Positions 48,438 to 56,246 of a stretch of 56,246 nucleotides of DNA are shown piece after piece. The stretch comes from an uncultured Saprospiraceae bacterium (GTDB lineage: Bacteria; Bacteroidota; Bacteroidia; Chitinophagales; Saprospiraceae): positions 1 through 56,246 of the forward strand of contig CALJIQ010000215.1 in assembly GCA_937973995.1 (NCBI GenBank), written 5' to 3'. Position numbers and translations under genes: made by a program. Within the stretch, counting starts at the first letter, position 1; the number at the start of each line of letters is the position of its first letter. The notes under the pieces are model-generated. The model was not told where the DNA came from and did not search any database. It worked only from the letters and a program-made list of their open reading frames with translations.

Positions 48438-48779
48438 CTAACTTAAGGACATATGAGTCTTAATATCTTCCGCAGTTATATCTAAATGCGAGGTATTGTA
48501 GGTGCAAACACCACCTTTTATCAATAAGACTTGAGGGGATTCATGTTTTATTTGAAAGACCTCTGCAATTTTATTAGAAATAGACCGATAATTAATGAGA
48601 TCTAAATAATAAATATCCAAGTCTTGATCCGATAAATCCCAATTCAATTCCAATCTATTCTTTGCCATTGAACTTATTGGGCAACTAATGCTATGTTTGA
48701 AGATTAGACAGGGTTTATCTTTTGATTGCTCAATCAAGGAGTTAATCTCTTCTTCCTTTTGGATAATTTTCCAATTCAT
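48438..48779 (-). CDS. ytxJ: YtxJ-family monothiol thioredoxin-like protein (bacillithiol system)
   Basis: 113 aa. KPCLIFKHSISCPISSMA carries the (T/S)CPIS motif of DUF2847/YtxJ. Confidence 0.75.
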   Translation of the reverse strand: MNWKIIQKEEEINSLIEQSKDKPCLIFKHSISCPISSMAKNRLELNWDLSDQDLDIYYLDLINYRSISNKIAEVFQIKHESPQVLLIKGGVCTYNTSHLDITAEDIKTHMSLS

Positions 48780-48940
48780 CTCTACTTTTTTAGTAATAAG
48801 GGAAAAATAAAACCGCCATTATGGTTTGGTAACCAAAATAAGGGAACAGTCCTTTTTATCATTCCTTATTAGGAAAACTGGTAATTAGAACAATCTATTT
48901 AACCTATTTAAATGCTAAATAGTTCTGAGATCCAAGAAAA

Positions 48941-49072
48941 CTATTCTAAAACACTGCTTTCAACTGCGTCGATAGAGAAATTATTAGGGCATCCTACTCC
49001 TCTATTACAAGCCGTTAAACTTGCAACAAATAGAAGTACGATTGCAATTGGGATTAATTTCTTCCTGTTCAT
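48941..49072 (-). CDS. Possible small lipoprotein (43 aa)
   Basis: Below the ORF-track size cut-off. The minus strand encodes MNRKKLIPIAIVLLFVASLTACNRGVGCPNNFSIDAVESSVLE, with a classic signal plus lipobox (LTAC). It sits in an otherwise empty 364-nt spacer. Confidence 0.4.
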   Translation of the reverse strand: MNRKKLIPIAIVLLFVASLTACNRGVGCPNNFSIDAVESSVLE

Positions 49073-49143
49073 ATTTGATAAATGATTATTAATGATTGAC
49101 TAAGTGGATAACGAAATCCAAAGGCTATTTCTTATAAAACAAG

Positions 49144-50289
49144 TCAATTAGATGGATCTAAAACCAACGGCAGTTCATATTGTTCCTCCTCTCGCTCTAT
49201 GGTGATGCGTATTTTTTGACCTACTTTGTACTTTTCCAATAGCAATAATAAATCTTTTCTATTTTTTATCTTTTCCCCGTTAATCGCTTTAATAACATCC
49301 CCTAATTGAAGTCGCCCATTTCGGTCTCTATAGGTAGGTTGAATGCCTGCACGATCAGCCGCACTATCTTCGATAACATTAATGATTAGTACGCCTTCTA
49401 CGCCAATTTGATCTGCAATTTGGGGAGTAGCTGTTTCTACTCCTAAGGTAGGTCTTCGTAGTTTGCCATACTTAATCAAATCTGGAACAACCCAATCTAC
49501 TACATCCACAGGTATAGAAAAACCGATCCCAGCACTAGCACCAGAAGGGCTATAGATAGCTGTGTTTACACCGATTAGTCTGCCAGAAGAATCCAACAAA
49601 GGACCACCTGAATTACCTGGATTAATAGCAGCATCTGTCTGGATGACATCACGTATGGGCAATCCACCCACTGAATTAATTTCCCGCCCCAATGCACTAA
49701 TGATTCCAGTCGTCAAGGTTTGGTCTAAACCAAAGGGATTGCCAATAGCAAAAACAAACTGTCCCACCTTTAAATTATAGGACTTGCCAACTGGTATAGG
49801 ATCTAATTTGCTTTCTGGTGCTTTTATGCGTAGGACAGCTAAATCTTTGGTAGGAGCTACGCCAATTAATTCAGCATCGTAAGTAGTTTGATCTGCTAAA
49901 GTCACTTGCAAACGATCTGCTCCTTGTATGACATGATAGTTGGTAATAATATGCCCCTTGTAATCCCAGATAAAGCCAGATCCACTCCCGCGAGGCACTT
50001 CCATTGCATTTCTGGAATAGTAATTACGTCTTACGTTGGAAGTGGTAATGAATACTACAGACGGCGTTGCACGCTCGAATAGTCGTATAGTAGCACTTTC
50101 TGCCTCTCTTAAATCTCTTGGTGGCGGACTAGCCAAAGTCTCCTCGTCTGAGTAAATTTCAAGGGTGTCTTCCTCTGTATCTTTAGTCCAGTCAGATGGT
50201 TTTTTATCGGTAGCTTTCCAAGAAACTCCTGCAAAAAATCCACCTGCAACGATAGCAACTAGCAACAATACTCTTAGCAAATTTTTCAT
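49144..50289 (-). CDS. S1C (HtrA/DegP-like) serine protease with a PDZ domain
   Basis: 381 aa with an N-terminal anchor. The catalytic triad contexts are TNYHVI, KDLAVLRI and GNSGGPLLD. The C-terminal PDZ contains GDVIKAINGEKI. Confidence 0.9.
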   Translation of the reverse strand: MKNLLRVLLLVAIVAGGFFAGVSWKATDKKPSDWTKDTEEDTLEIYSDEETLASPPPRDLREAESATIRLFERATPSVVFITTSNVRRNYYSRNAMEVPRGSGSGFIWDYKGHIITNYHVIQGADRLQVTLADQTTYDAELIGVAPTKDLAVLRIKAPESKLDPIPVGKSYNLKVGQFVFAIGNPFGLDQTLTTGIISALGREINSVGGLPIRDVIQTDAAINPGNSGGPLLDSSGRLIGVNTAIYSPSGASAGIGFSIPVDVVDWVVPDLIKYGKLRRPTLGVETATPQIADQIGVEGVLIINVIEDSAADRAGIQPTYRDRNGRLQLGDVIKAINGEKIKNRKDLLLLLEKYKVGQKIRITIEREEEQYELPLVLDPSN

Positions 50290-50385
50290 AATTTCTGATT
50301 TTTTATAAAAACGTCAGAAAATTAAAAATTATTAAGTATAGTTCCTGTTTTTTCAAGGAAAAATGCCTCCTACGGACAGGAGTCT

Positions 50386-51582
50386 TTATTTCACCAAGTC
50401 TTCAATATTCACTGAAACAGTATGTTCGGAATGCTTAAAATTCTTATTGGGGTCTTTCATTTTAAATAAAGCAGTGATTTGTTTTCCTATAAAAAGTGGA
50501 ATCCCCCATAAAGCAGACCAAATTGCCTTTGGGACGTTGGAAAGATATAAGGTCCACAACACATTGAGGCTAAAAATACCCAAGCCAACAAACATTGCCA
50601 ATGCATAAAATGGGTTAAAAAAGAAGCCTAGCCCAAACAATAGAACACCCAAGAATAGTAAAATAAATAAAGGAGGTGCAATCGTTATAATACCAAAGAA
50701 GGTTTTATTCCAATTTAGACTCAGCAAGCCTTTGAGCAACAATCCAGAAGAGTTAGGTAAGTTTTGAAAATAGGAATATAACCAGCGACTGCGTTGTGTT
50801 TCTACCTGAGCAGATTGGGTTACTTTTTCGTCGTAAACAATTGCATTCTTGGCAAATACAATTTTTTCATCTTGCCTTAAAAGGAAGTTTTGCAAAATCT
50901 TATCTTCTTGCAGCATCTTCTTCCATAAATGCTGCCCTTTTTGAATTTCTTCCCCGTATAGATAAGACTTATATAGCTCCGTTTCTACTGCCATGCCCGA
51001 TCCAGAAATAACAGAAGAAGAACCCAACAAATAAGGCACATACCGTTCTATGTAATTTTTATAAAACTCCCCTGTTGAATCTGCACAAGCATATACAGTA
51101 TCTAAGTTTTTAGCCGTCCGTTGACCTTGAATCGTCTTATACCCATTATTAGCATACTGATTAATCGTTTCTAAAAATTGAGGATGTGCTAAATTATCTG
51201 CATCAAAAATGATGGTATATTCATGCTGCCTTACAAAACGCTCCACGGCATAAATGATTGATTTTGCTTTTAGATTCAGTGGTTCCTCAGGGAAGAAGAC
51301 ACTTAATCGATCATCTTGAATCGGGTAATTTACCGCCTCACAATTATCCGCCACCACATAAATATGAAAATTTGAATGGTTTTGTTTGAGTAAAGAATTG
51401 ACTAAAGGTTGGGTGATTTCACTATTCTTATAGGCCGTTATAATACAAGCAAAATCATAGGGTGTTGGCTCTTTTTTAACATTTATTCGCTCTTTTGAAA
51501 AACGAGAAAGTAGTACAGTAAAAAAAGGAAACAGTAAAAAAAAGAATACCAACCCAGCCAGTAATACGTATAAGATTTCCAT
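50386..51582 (-). CDS. Membrane-embedded family-2 glycosyltransferase with a Q(R)xRW motif (processive synthase-like)
   Basis: Starts at MEILYVLLAGLVFFF (ATG at 51582). It has an N-terminal TM and a GT2 core (CIITAYKN, VVADNC, IIFDADN). It also carries QRSRW and 3-4 C-terminal TM helices. Confidence 0.8.
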   Translation of the reverse strand: MEILYVLLAGLVFFFLLFPFFTVLLSRFSKERINVKKEPTPYDFACIITAYKNSEITQPLVNSLLKQNHSNFHIYVVADNCEAVNYPIQDDRLSVFFPEEPLNLKAKSIIYAVERFVRQHEYTIIFDADNLAHPQFLETINQYANNGYKTIQGQRTAKNLDTVYACADSTGEFYKNYIERYVPYLLGSSSVISGSGMAVETELYKSYLYGEEIQKGQHLWKKMLQEDKILQNFLLRQDEKIVFAKNAIVYDEKVTQSAQVETQRSRWLYSYFQNLPNSSGLLLKGLLSLNWNKTFFGIITIAPPLFILLFLGVLLFGLGFFFNPFYALAMFVGLGIFSLNVLWTLYLSNVPKAIWSALWGIPLFIGKQITALFKMKDPNKNFKHSEHTVSVNIEDLVK

Positions 51583-51627
51583 AGTATTTAAAATGTAATA
51601 TTGTACAATATAGGGGAAGGTAAGTCC

Positions 51628-51732
51628 TCGATGATGAATTTTGAATAAAACGAAATGCATTAGGACGAAAACACTAAGTCATATGTTGACTGCCCATTCG
51701 AAATTCAAAATTTATCATTCAAAATTGAGTAC
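51628..51732. repeat. Family A long element, copy 5 (inverted relative to copy 4)
   Basis: The reverse complement reads ...AATGATAAATTTTGAATTTCGAATGGGCAGTCAACATATGACTTAGTGTTTTCGTCCTAATGCATTTCGTTTTATTCAAAATTCATCAT. This is collinear with 30011-30106. Confidence 0.85.
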
Positions 51733-51887
51733 TTACAGGGGAAGGAGGAAGGAATAGGATTGAAGAAAAGGTAAGTTAAGTAATTATATCTTCAATTTCA
51801 ATAGAATACTAAATTAGTGCAACTTCCAGTCACGTTTTGATTGCACTTAAACTTAAATAGTTGTGGTAGCAATTCGTTCCAAAAGCT

Positions 51888-52811
51888 CTATTTCAAGGAT
51901 ACCACTCGTTGCGGAGAACGTTCCTTTTTAAAATGCCAACATATCGCTTCATAAAAGGCTTGAAGATGTTCTTTTTGACCTCTTATTAAATACATTAATG
52001 TGTTCTTCGGGATGGTAAACAGCAAAAGGAACAAGATAAAGAAGAGGAACTCTTCTCTACGTCTGTTCATCGCCATAAACAAGATACGATTCCGAGTTAA
52101 ATAGTATGTCTTGATAGGGTTATGTTGCCCTACAGACATGGACTCTTTATGGTAAATTTTAGCGTTAGGTTGGATAATAACGGAGTAGCCAGATTTTCTT
52201 ATTCGTTCACACCAGTCCAATTCTTCATAGTATAAAAAGTAATCTTCCGACATGCTGCCTACCTCTTCGATAATTTTTCTAGGAACAAGCATTCCTGCAC
52301 CGTGGGCATAAAAAGTGGGCTTTGACTGACGGTATTGTCTTTGGTCTTTGACCCTTTCACCGAGAATTTTATTCCTCCCCGTGAAAGGATTAACGTCGGT
52401 GGCACCTGCATATTGAATGATGTCAACTCCTTCATTTTCAGGATAATAGCATATCAATGGACAAACTATACCTGCATCTGGATGTTCCGTGAAAGTATTC
52501 AGCATTGTCTCCAATGCTCCTTCTGTCAGAACAGCATCATTGTTAATAAAGAACAAGTACTCACCTTCGCTAGCTCTTACACCAATATTATTACCGCCAG
52601 CAAAGCCCCTGTTTACACCACTTACAATTACTCTTACGTCAGGATATAATTCCTGAATTTTTTCTTTAGGATTAACTTTAGAATCATTGTCAACCACTAT
52701 TATTTCAAAAGGAACAATAGTGTGTTGGTAAATGGAATCAATCAATTCCAAGGTTAGCTCCATCTGGTTATAGTTAACCGTGATGAAGGTTACTAGAGAT
52801 TTACTCTGCAT
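51888..52811 (-). CDS. Family-2 glycosyltransferase
   Basis: 307 aa. VTFITVNYNQ, IIVVDNDS, GFAGGNNIG, FFINNDA and YYEELDWCER are typical GT2 (rhamnosyltransferase-like) blocks. Confidence 0.88.
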   Translation of the reverse strand: MQSKSLVTFITVNYNQMELTLELIDSIYQHTIVPFEIIVVDNDSKVNPKEKIQELYPDVRVIVSGVNRGFAGGNNIGVRASEGEYLFFINNDAVLTEGALETMLNTFTEHPDAGIVCPLICYYPENEGVDIIQYAGATDVNPFTGRNKILGERVKDQRQYRQSKPTFYAHGAGMLVPRKIIEEVGSMSEDYFLYYEELDWCERIRKSGYSVIIQPNAKIYHKESMSVGQHNPIKTYYLTRNRILFMAMNRRREEFLFFILFLLLFTIPKNTLMYLIRGQKEHLQAFYEAICWHFKKERSPQRVVSLK

Positions 52812-52853
52812 GTTTTTTAATTTGTAAGTGGTTAAAATTTAATCTACTCTACA

Positions 52854-53924
52854 CTAACTTCTTTGCCACATTGCGGGTAATGTGCGCAGTAAGATTTTAA
52901 TATCGGTAAATAAGGAAACGCCTTTTGCATACGAACAATCTAAGGCGACCCTTTCTTCTGTACTCAAATTATCTTTTCCTCGCTCGTCAACTTGCCAAAG
53001 TCCTGTCAAACCCGCAGGTGCTAAGAATCGTCTTGCCCAATCATCTTTTGTCATTTTCTCTGCTTCATACAATGGCAAAGGGCGATTCCCAATCACGGAC
53101 ATTTCACCTCGAAAAACGTTGATTAATTGAGGAAGCTCATCAATGCTCGTTTTCCGAATGACCCGGCCTATCCTAGTCACACGAGGATCATTTTTCATTT
53201 TAAAGAAGACGCTTTTTTTATCAGTCTTACCTCCGTAAGAATTTAAATGCGCCAATTTTTTCAACTGCTCATCTGCATCGACTCTCATGGATCGGAACTT
53301 GATAAAATCAAATTCCTGATACCCCGTTCCTATCCTTTTAGAAGTATAGAAAACTGGTCCCTTTGACTCAAGTTTGATAAGCACCGCCACTACTAAGAAT
53401 AATGGACTTAATAACAACAAACCAATGCCAGATGCCACTATATCAAATAGTCTTTTCTCAATTGGAATTTTATAAGCATCTGATTTTTGCGGTTCATTTA
53501 GCACCGTAATACTCAGTTTGTATTGATCTAAAAATTGAACTCTTTTGTCAATATTAGTCCAATCTACGTCTCCGTAGTAACAATCATCTAGCCCTGCTTT
53601 TAAAAGTAAAGCTGGATTAATTTCCTCCCGCTTACTCGTAATTCCTATTATAGGAATAGCAGAAAAAGACGATTTATATTTCAGTTCATTTAGTACAGGT
53701 CCAACCTGTTCTAAAGAAAACACATCCAAGTCCACTATAATCGCCCGTGGTAACGGGTTGTGATTTTTTAAAACTCGGGATAAATTCTTAAGACATAAAA
53801 GAGAGAAAAGTAAATAGTCGTTTGGAATGTTTATGACAAGCTGACCATTACGCTCTTTCTTGTATTTATTTAAAAATAATTGGTTGTCACTAACAGAGGC
53901 ATCTGACAAATTTGAAAAACCCAT
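52854..53924 (-). CDS. Polyprenyl-phosphate sugar-1-phosphate transferase (Bac_transf/PGT) fused to an N-terminal degenerate receiver-like domain
   Basis: C-terminal half: KRLFDIVASGIGLLLLSPLFLVVAVLIKLESKGPVFYTSKRIG..FDFIKFRSM..DPRVTRIGRVIRKTSIDELPQLINVFRGEMSVIGNRP..GLTGLWQV. Residues ~25-135 look CheY-like (AIIVDLD, IPIIGITS, KAGLDDCY) but lack the N-terminal acidic pair. Confidence 0.85.
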   Translation of the reverse strand: MGFSNLSDASVSDNQLFLNKYKKERNGQLVINIPNDYLLFSLLCLKNLSRVLKNHNPLPRAIIVDLDVFSLEQVGPVLNELKYKSSFSAIPIIGITSKREEINPALLLKAGLDDCYYGDVDWTNIDKRVQFLDQYKLSITVLNEPQKSDAYKIPIEKRLFDIVASGIGLLLLSPLFLVVAVLIKLESKGPVFYTSKRIGTGYQEFDFIKFRSMRVDADEQLKKLAHLNSYGGKTDKKSVFFKMKNDPRVTRIGRVIRKTSIDELPQLINVFRGEMSVIGNRPLPLYEAEKMTKDDWARRFLAPAGLTGLWQVDERGKDNLSTEERVALDCSYAKGVSLFTDIKILLRTLPAMWQRS

Positions 53925-54097
53925 AGTATTGTATTATCCTTAGAAGTTTGGTAAATAATTCTTTATAGGGGGCACCTACAAAGCGTAAAACTTAGGGATA
54001 AAATAGTTTTCTGTTATTAGGTCTATCGCAAGTATCAGGGAGATTTAAAGTTGTGAATTGAAAGTATCACTTGACTTATTAATTAGATTTGGTTTTC

Positions 54098-54475
54098 TCA
54101 AATAAAGAGTTCCTCAATCTTTTGATCTAACACCTTAGGATCAAACGGCTTGTAAAAAGAATGAGTTATCTCAATTTTTTCAGAGAGCTGCTCATAGTCT
54201 TTACTACCCGAAATGATAATGACAGGTATATTTTTGTAAAAACTGCTAGAGCGGATTCCTTCCAGAAATCTTTCGCCGTCCATGATAGGCATATTCCAAT
54301 CTAAAAGAATAACATCGGGAATTAACCCATTGGACATTTTGCTCATAGCATCAAGACCATTCTTGGAAGAATGTACCTCGTGGCGTTTACCTAAGTAATG
54401 ATTTAATAAAAGAAGAAGACTCTCATTGTCTTCGATGATAAGAACTCTTAGAGAATTTTTCATAGTATCCTTCAC
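54098..54475 (-). CDS. Single-domain response regulator (CheY-like receiver)
   Basis: 125 aa. LRVLIIEDNESL, PDVILLDWNMPIMDG, IPVIIISG and YKPF form a complete receiver signature. There is no output domain. Confidence 0.9.
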   Translation of the reverse strand: MKDTMKNSLRVLIIEDNESLLLLLNHYLGKRHEVHSSKNGLDAMSKMSNGLIPDVILLDWNMPIMDGERFLEGIRSSSFYKNIPVIIISGSKDYEQLSEKIEITHSFYKPFDPKVLDQKIEELFI

Positions 54476-54693
54476 TTTTTGTTTAGTGTTAGAATACTAT
54501 CTCTTTAGTGACTTTTTATTGTAAGTGGTCAGAAAAGGATAGTATAATTAGGGGGTGTTACCTAATTAATACTAAAATGGAACTTGAACACTCCTGAGAA
54601 TTAAACTAAGGGGGGGAAGTAATTCTTAAAAGAAGGAGGGCTGTTCAAAGTAAATAATGATGTTCATTATTGATTACGGATTCAAATTTAAGG

Positions 54694-54901
54694 AAAAAAA
54701 AGGGTATTTGAAAGAAAAGTGTCAGCTATTAGTAGCTAACATTTAGTTTTGCAAAAAAAGGGTATATTTAAAGAGCTAACTTTCAGAGTTATAGCATTTT
54801 AGCTACATATTTTTTTTTCAAAAAAAAAAATTGTCTTTGTCACAAACTATTAAATTCGAGGAATCTTTTTAATGGTCTTTTTTTTTCAACTTTTTGTGAC
54901 A
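54694..54901. promoter_or_regulatory. Repeat-rich divergent control region between the response-regulator/EPS genes and the MBL hydrolase gene
   Basis: Direct repeats AAAAAAAGGGTAT(A)TTTRAAAG...AGCTAAC lie at 54694-54740 and 54753-54780. A T9-C-A11 tract lies at 54810-54830. The inverted repeat TGTCACAAA (54838-54846) / TTTGTGACA (54893-54901) is also present. Confidence 0.3.
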
Positions 54902-54994
54902 TAGTATATTTTATTCCGTAAATCATCAATGCTAAGCCAGATGGGTATCTATTAATTAAAACTTCAGAAAAAATGCTAGTTTTATAAATTTTAT

Positions 54995-55903
54995 ATGGAA
55001 TCTATGATTGAAATAATTGATTTACTCTTCCAAGGAACGGAACAATCTACCGCTGCATTTCTTAAAGAAACTAGCGAAGGACCCATTATAATAGAAACGG
55101 GGCCTCACGCTACGCTTGCGCAAGTCGAGCAGTTTCTAGCTACCAAAAATTATCATCTTTCTGATGTAAAACACGTATTCATCACGCATATCCACCTAGA
55201 CCACGCTGGCGCAGCTTGGGCATTTGCTAGACATGGCGCTACTGTCTATTTACATCCCTTCGGAGAACGCCACATGATTGACCCTTCTAAACTGATGGAT
55301 TCTGCTAAAAGAATATATAAGGAGAGAATGTACGAATTATGGGGCGATCTACAACCTATTCCAGCCAATCAGCTAGTAACCGTTGCCAATGGAGAAAAAA
55401 TCACGGTTGGAGATACGGAGTTGATCGCCTGGTTCACACCTGGTCATGCGAAGCATCACCTTTCCTGGCAAATCGGTAAAGAATTAATAGCGGGAGATGT
55501 AGCAGGGGTTAAAATAGGGGCAACTGGAATGGTAGTGCCGCCTTGTCCTCCCCCCGATATCAATATCGAAGATTGGATGAACTCCATTGCCGTTTTAGAA
55601 GCATTAGATCTAGAACATATTTATCTAACCCATTTTGGCAAGGTAAGCAACTTACCTAAGCATTATACAGATCTAAAATTCATCCTACAAGATTGGTCCA
55701 ATTGGATCTTACCGCACTTCAAGGCAAATAGATCATTTGAAGAAATCGCCCCCCTCTTTAGTGCTTATACGCTTCAGCAACTCATTGATTATGGGGTTGA
55801 AAAAGAAATTCTCGCATCTTATGAAAAATCTAACCCTACGGTCATGAGTGCCATTGGTTTGCTGCGCTATTGGAAAAAGAAATTTGAGAAACAGATGGGC
55901 TAG
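54995..55903 (+). CDS. MBL-fold metallo-hydrolase
   Basis: 302 aa with the HxHxDH motif (ITHIHLDHAG) and a downstream conserved His (TPGHAKHH). Confidence 0.85.
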   Translation: MESMIEIIDLLFQGTEQSTAAFLKETSEGPIIIETGPHATLAQVEQFLATKNYHLSDVKHVFITHIHLDHAGAAWAFARHGATVYLHPFGERHMIDPSKLMDSAKRIYKERMYELWGDLQPIPANQLVTVANGEKITVGDTELIAWFTPGHAKHHLSWQIGKELIAGDVAGVKIGATGMVVPPCPPPDINIEDWMNSIAVLEALDLEHIYLTHFGKVSNLPKHYTDLKFILQDWSNWILPHFKANRSFEEIAPLFSAYTLQQLIDYGVEKEILASYEKSNPTVMSAIGLLRYWKKKFEKQMG

Positions 55904-55982
55904 TGAGTGATTTTGGAAGTGATGGTTGGATTGTCAACGTGCTCAGTAGTTAGACAGAATTAACGAAACAGTTAATTTACTC

Positions 55983-56026
55983 GTCGGATGGCTGTCGCCG
56001 TCCGATGAGCCTCCCCATCGGACGGG
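55983..56026. repeat. Family C GC-rich element, truncated copy
   Basis: CGTCGGATGGCTGTCGCCGTCCGATG-AGCCTCC-CATCGGACGG has the same left arm as 20196-20220. The right arm is cut to 10 nt. Confidence 0.85.
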
Positions 56027-56091
56027 ATTTCGTCATTTCTATCGATGTACTTATCATCAAACAATTTTCACCACGTAAGGGCTTCGGCAAT

Positions 56092-56235
56092 AAATAACCT
56101 ACCCACATAGGTATTTCTCGCAAAGGATCGCTAAGGTTTCGCAAAGTACGCTAAGTTAGTAAAAGGTCTAGCTTTGCGTACCTTAGCGTATCCTCGGCGA
56201 TACTTTGCGGGAGACAAAATTTGGGTAAGTTATTT
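56092..56235. repeat. About 145-nt word-built palindrome (CGCAAAG / CGCTAAG words) at the window end
   Basis: The outer arms are AAATAACCTACCCA / TGGGTAAGTTATTT. The left half carries CGCAAAG, CGCTAAG, CGCAAAG, CGCTAAG. The right half carries CTTTGCG, CTTAGCG, CTTTGCG. Confidence 0.8.
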
Positions 56236-56246
56236 ATTTCTTCGTC

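Noticed and set aside
50363-51660. Track ORF 50363-50608 (+), and the 26-codon extension of the GT2 ORF to 51660
   Set aside because: The first is antisense to the TM region of the GT2. The extension runs into the family A repeat, and the protein's N-terminal TM helix starts at the ATG at 51582.
54838-54901. Inverted repeat upstream of the polysaccharide genes as an invertible (phase-variable) promoter of the Bacteroides type
   Set aside because: The arms are only 9-12 nt and flank just 46 nt. No TAnnTTTG promoter box lies inside, and no dedicated invertase is adjacent. It is kept only as a possible operator.

Overview
AT-rich chromosomal segment from a member of the Bacteroidota. The phylum call rests on a SusC/SusD pair, type A and type B T9SS C-terminal sorting domains, and the recombinase-hpf-tRNA-tuf-tRNA(Trp)-secE-nusG-rplKAJL-rpoBC gene order. 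No genus can be assigned from sequence alone. Layout: (i) 1-13 kb, minus strand: conserved transcription/translation core (rpoC 5' part, rpoB, rplL/J/A/K, nusG, secE, tRNA-Trp, tuf, tRNA Thr-Gly-Tyr-Thr, hpf, Xer-like recombinase). (ii) 13-29 kb: envelope and nutrient-uptake region with two FG-GAP/ASPIC (CRTAC1-like) proteins, a Uma2 endonuclease, an arylsulfotransferase-like T9SS cargo, and a SusC/SusD/lipoprotein trio with no glycoside hydrolase. (iii) pdxJ, then 926 bp of non-coding DNA. (iv) 30.9-35.8 kb: a three-gene plus-strand locus. It encodes an OmpA-like protein, a membrane-anchored 922-aa protein whose central ~690 aa are VEVPVEVI(K/R)EVEKI-type acidic repeats (PEVK-like), and a signal-less, protease-less double P-domain protein. 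The last two share a C-terminal GIGPK helix-hairpin-helix-like domain. This is my best candidate for an undescribed system. (v) 36-46 kb: a 3335-aa SprB-repeat surface protein with a type B T9SS sorting domain. (vi) 46.8-55.9 kb: hemD, mnmD, ytxJ, an HtrA-like protease, a polysaccharide cluster (CheY-like regulator, receiver-like::phosphoglycosyl transferase fusion, GT2, QxxRW synthase-like GT2) and an MBL-fold hydrolase. Across the whole window the intergenic spacers, including those inside the r-protein/RNAP and tRNA operons, carry several families of 45-145 nt palindromes built from short tandem words. Two families have copies kilobases apart in opposite orientation, which is MITE/REP-like behaviour. 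No CRISPR array, rRNA, transposase or prophage genes were seen. Coordinates of RNA genes and repeats were counted by hand and may be off by 1-2 nt.
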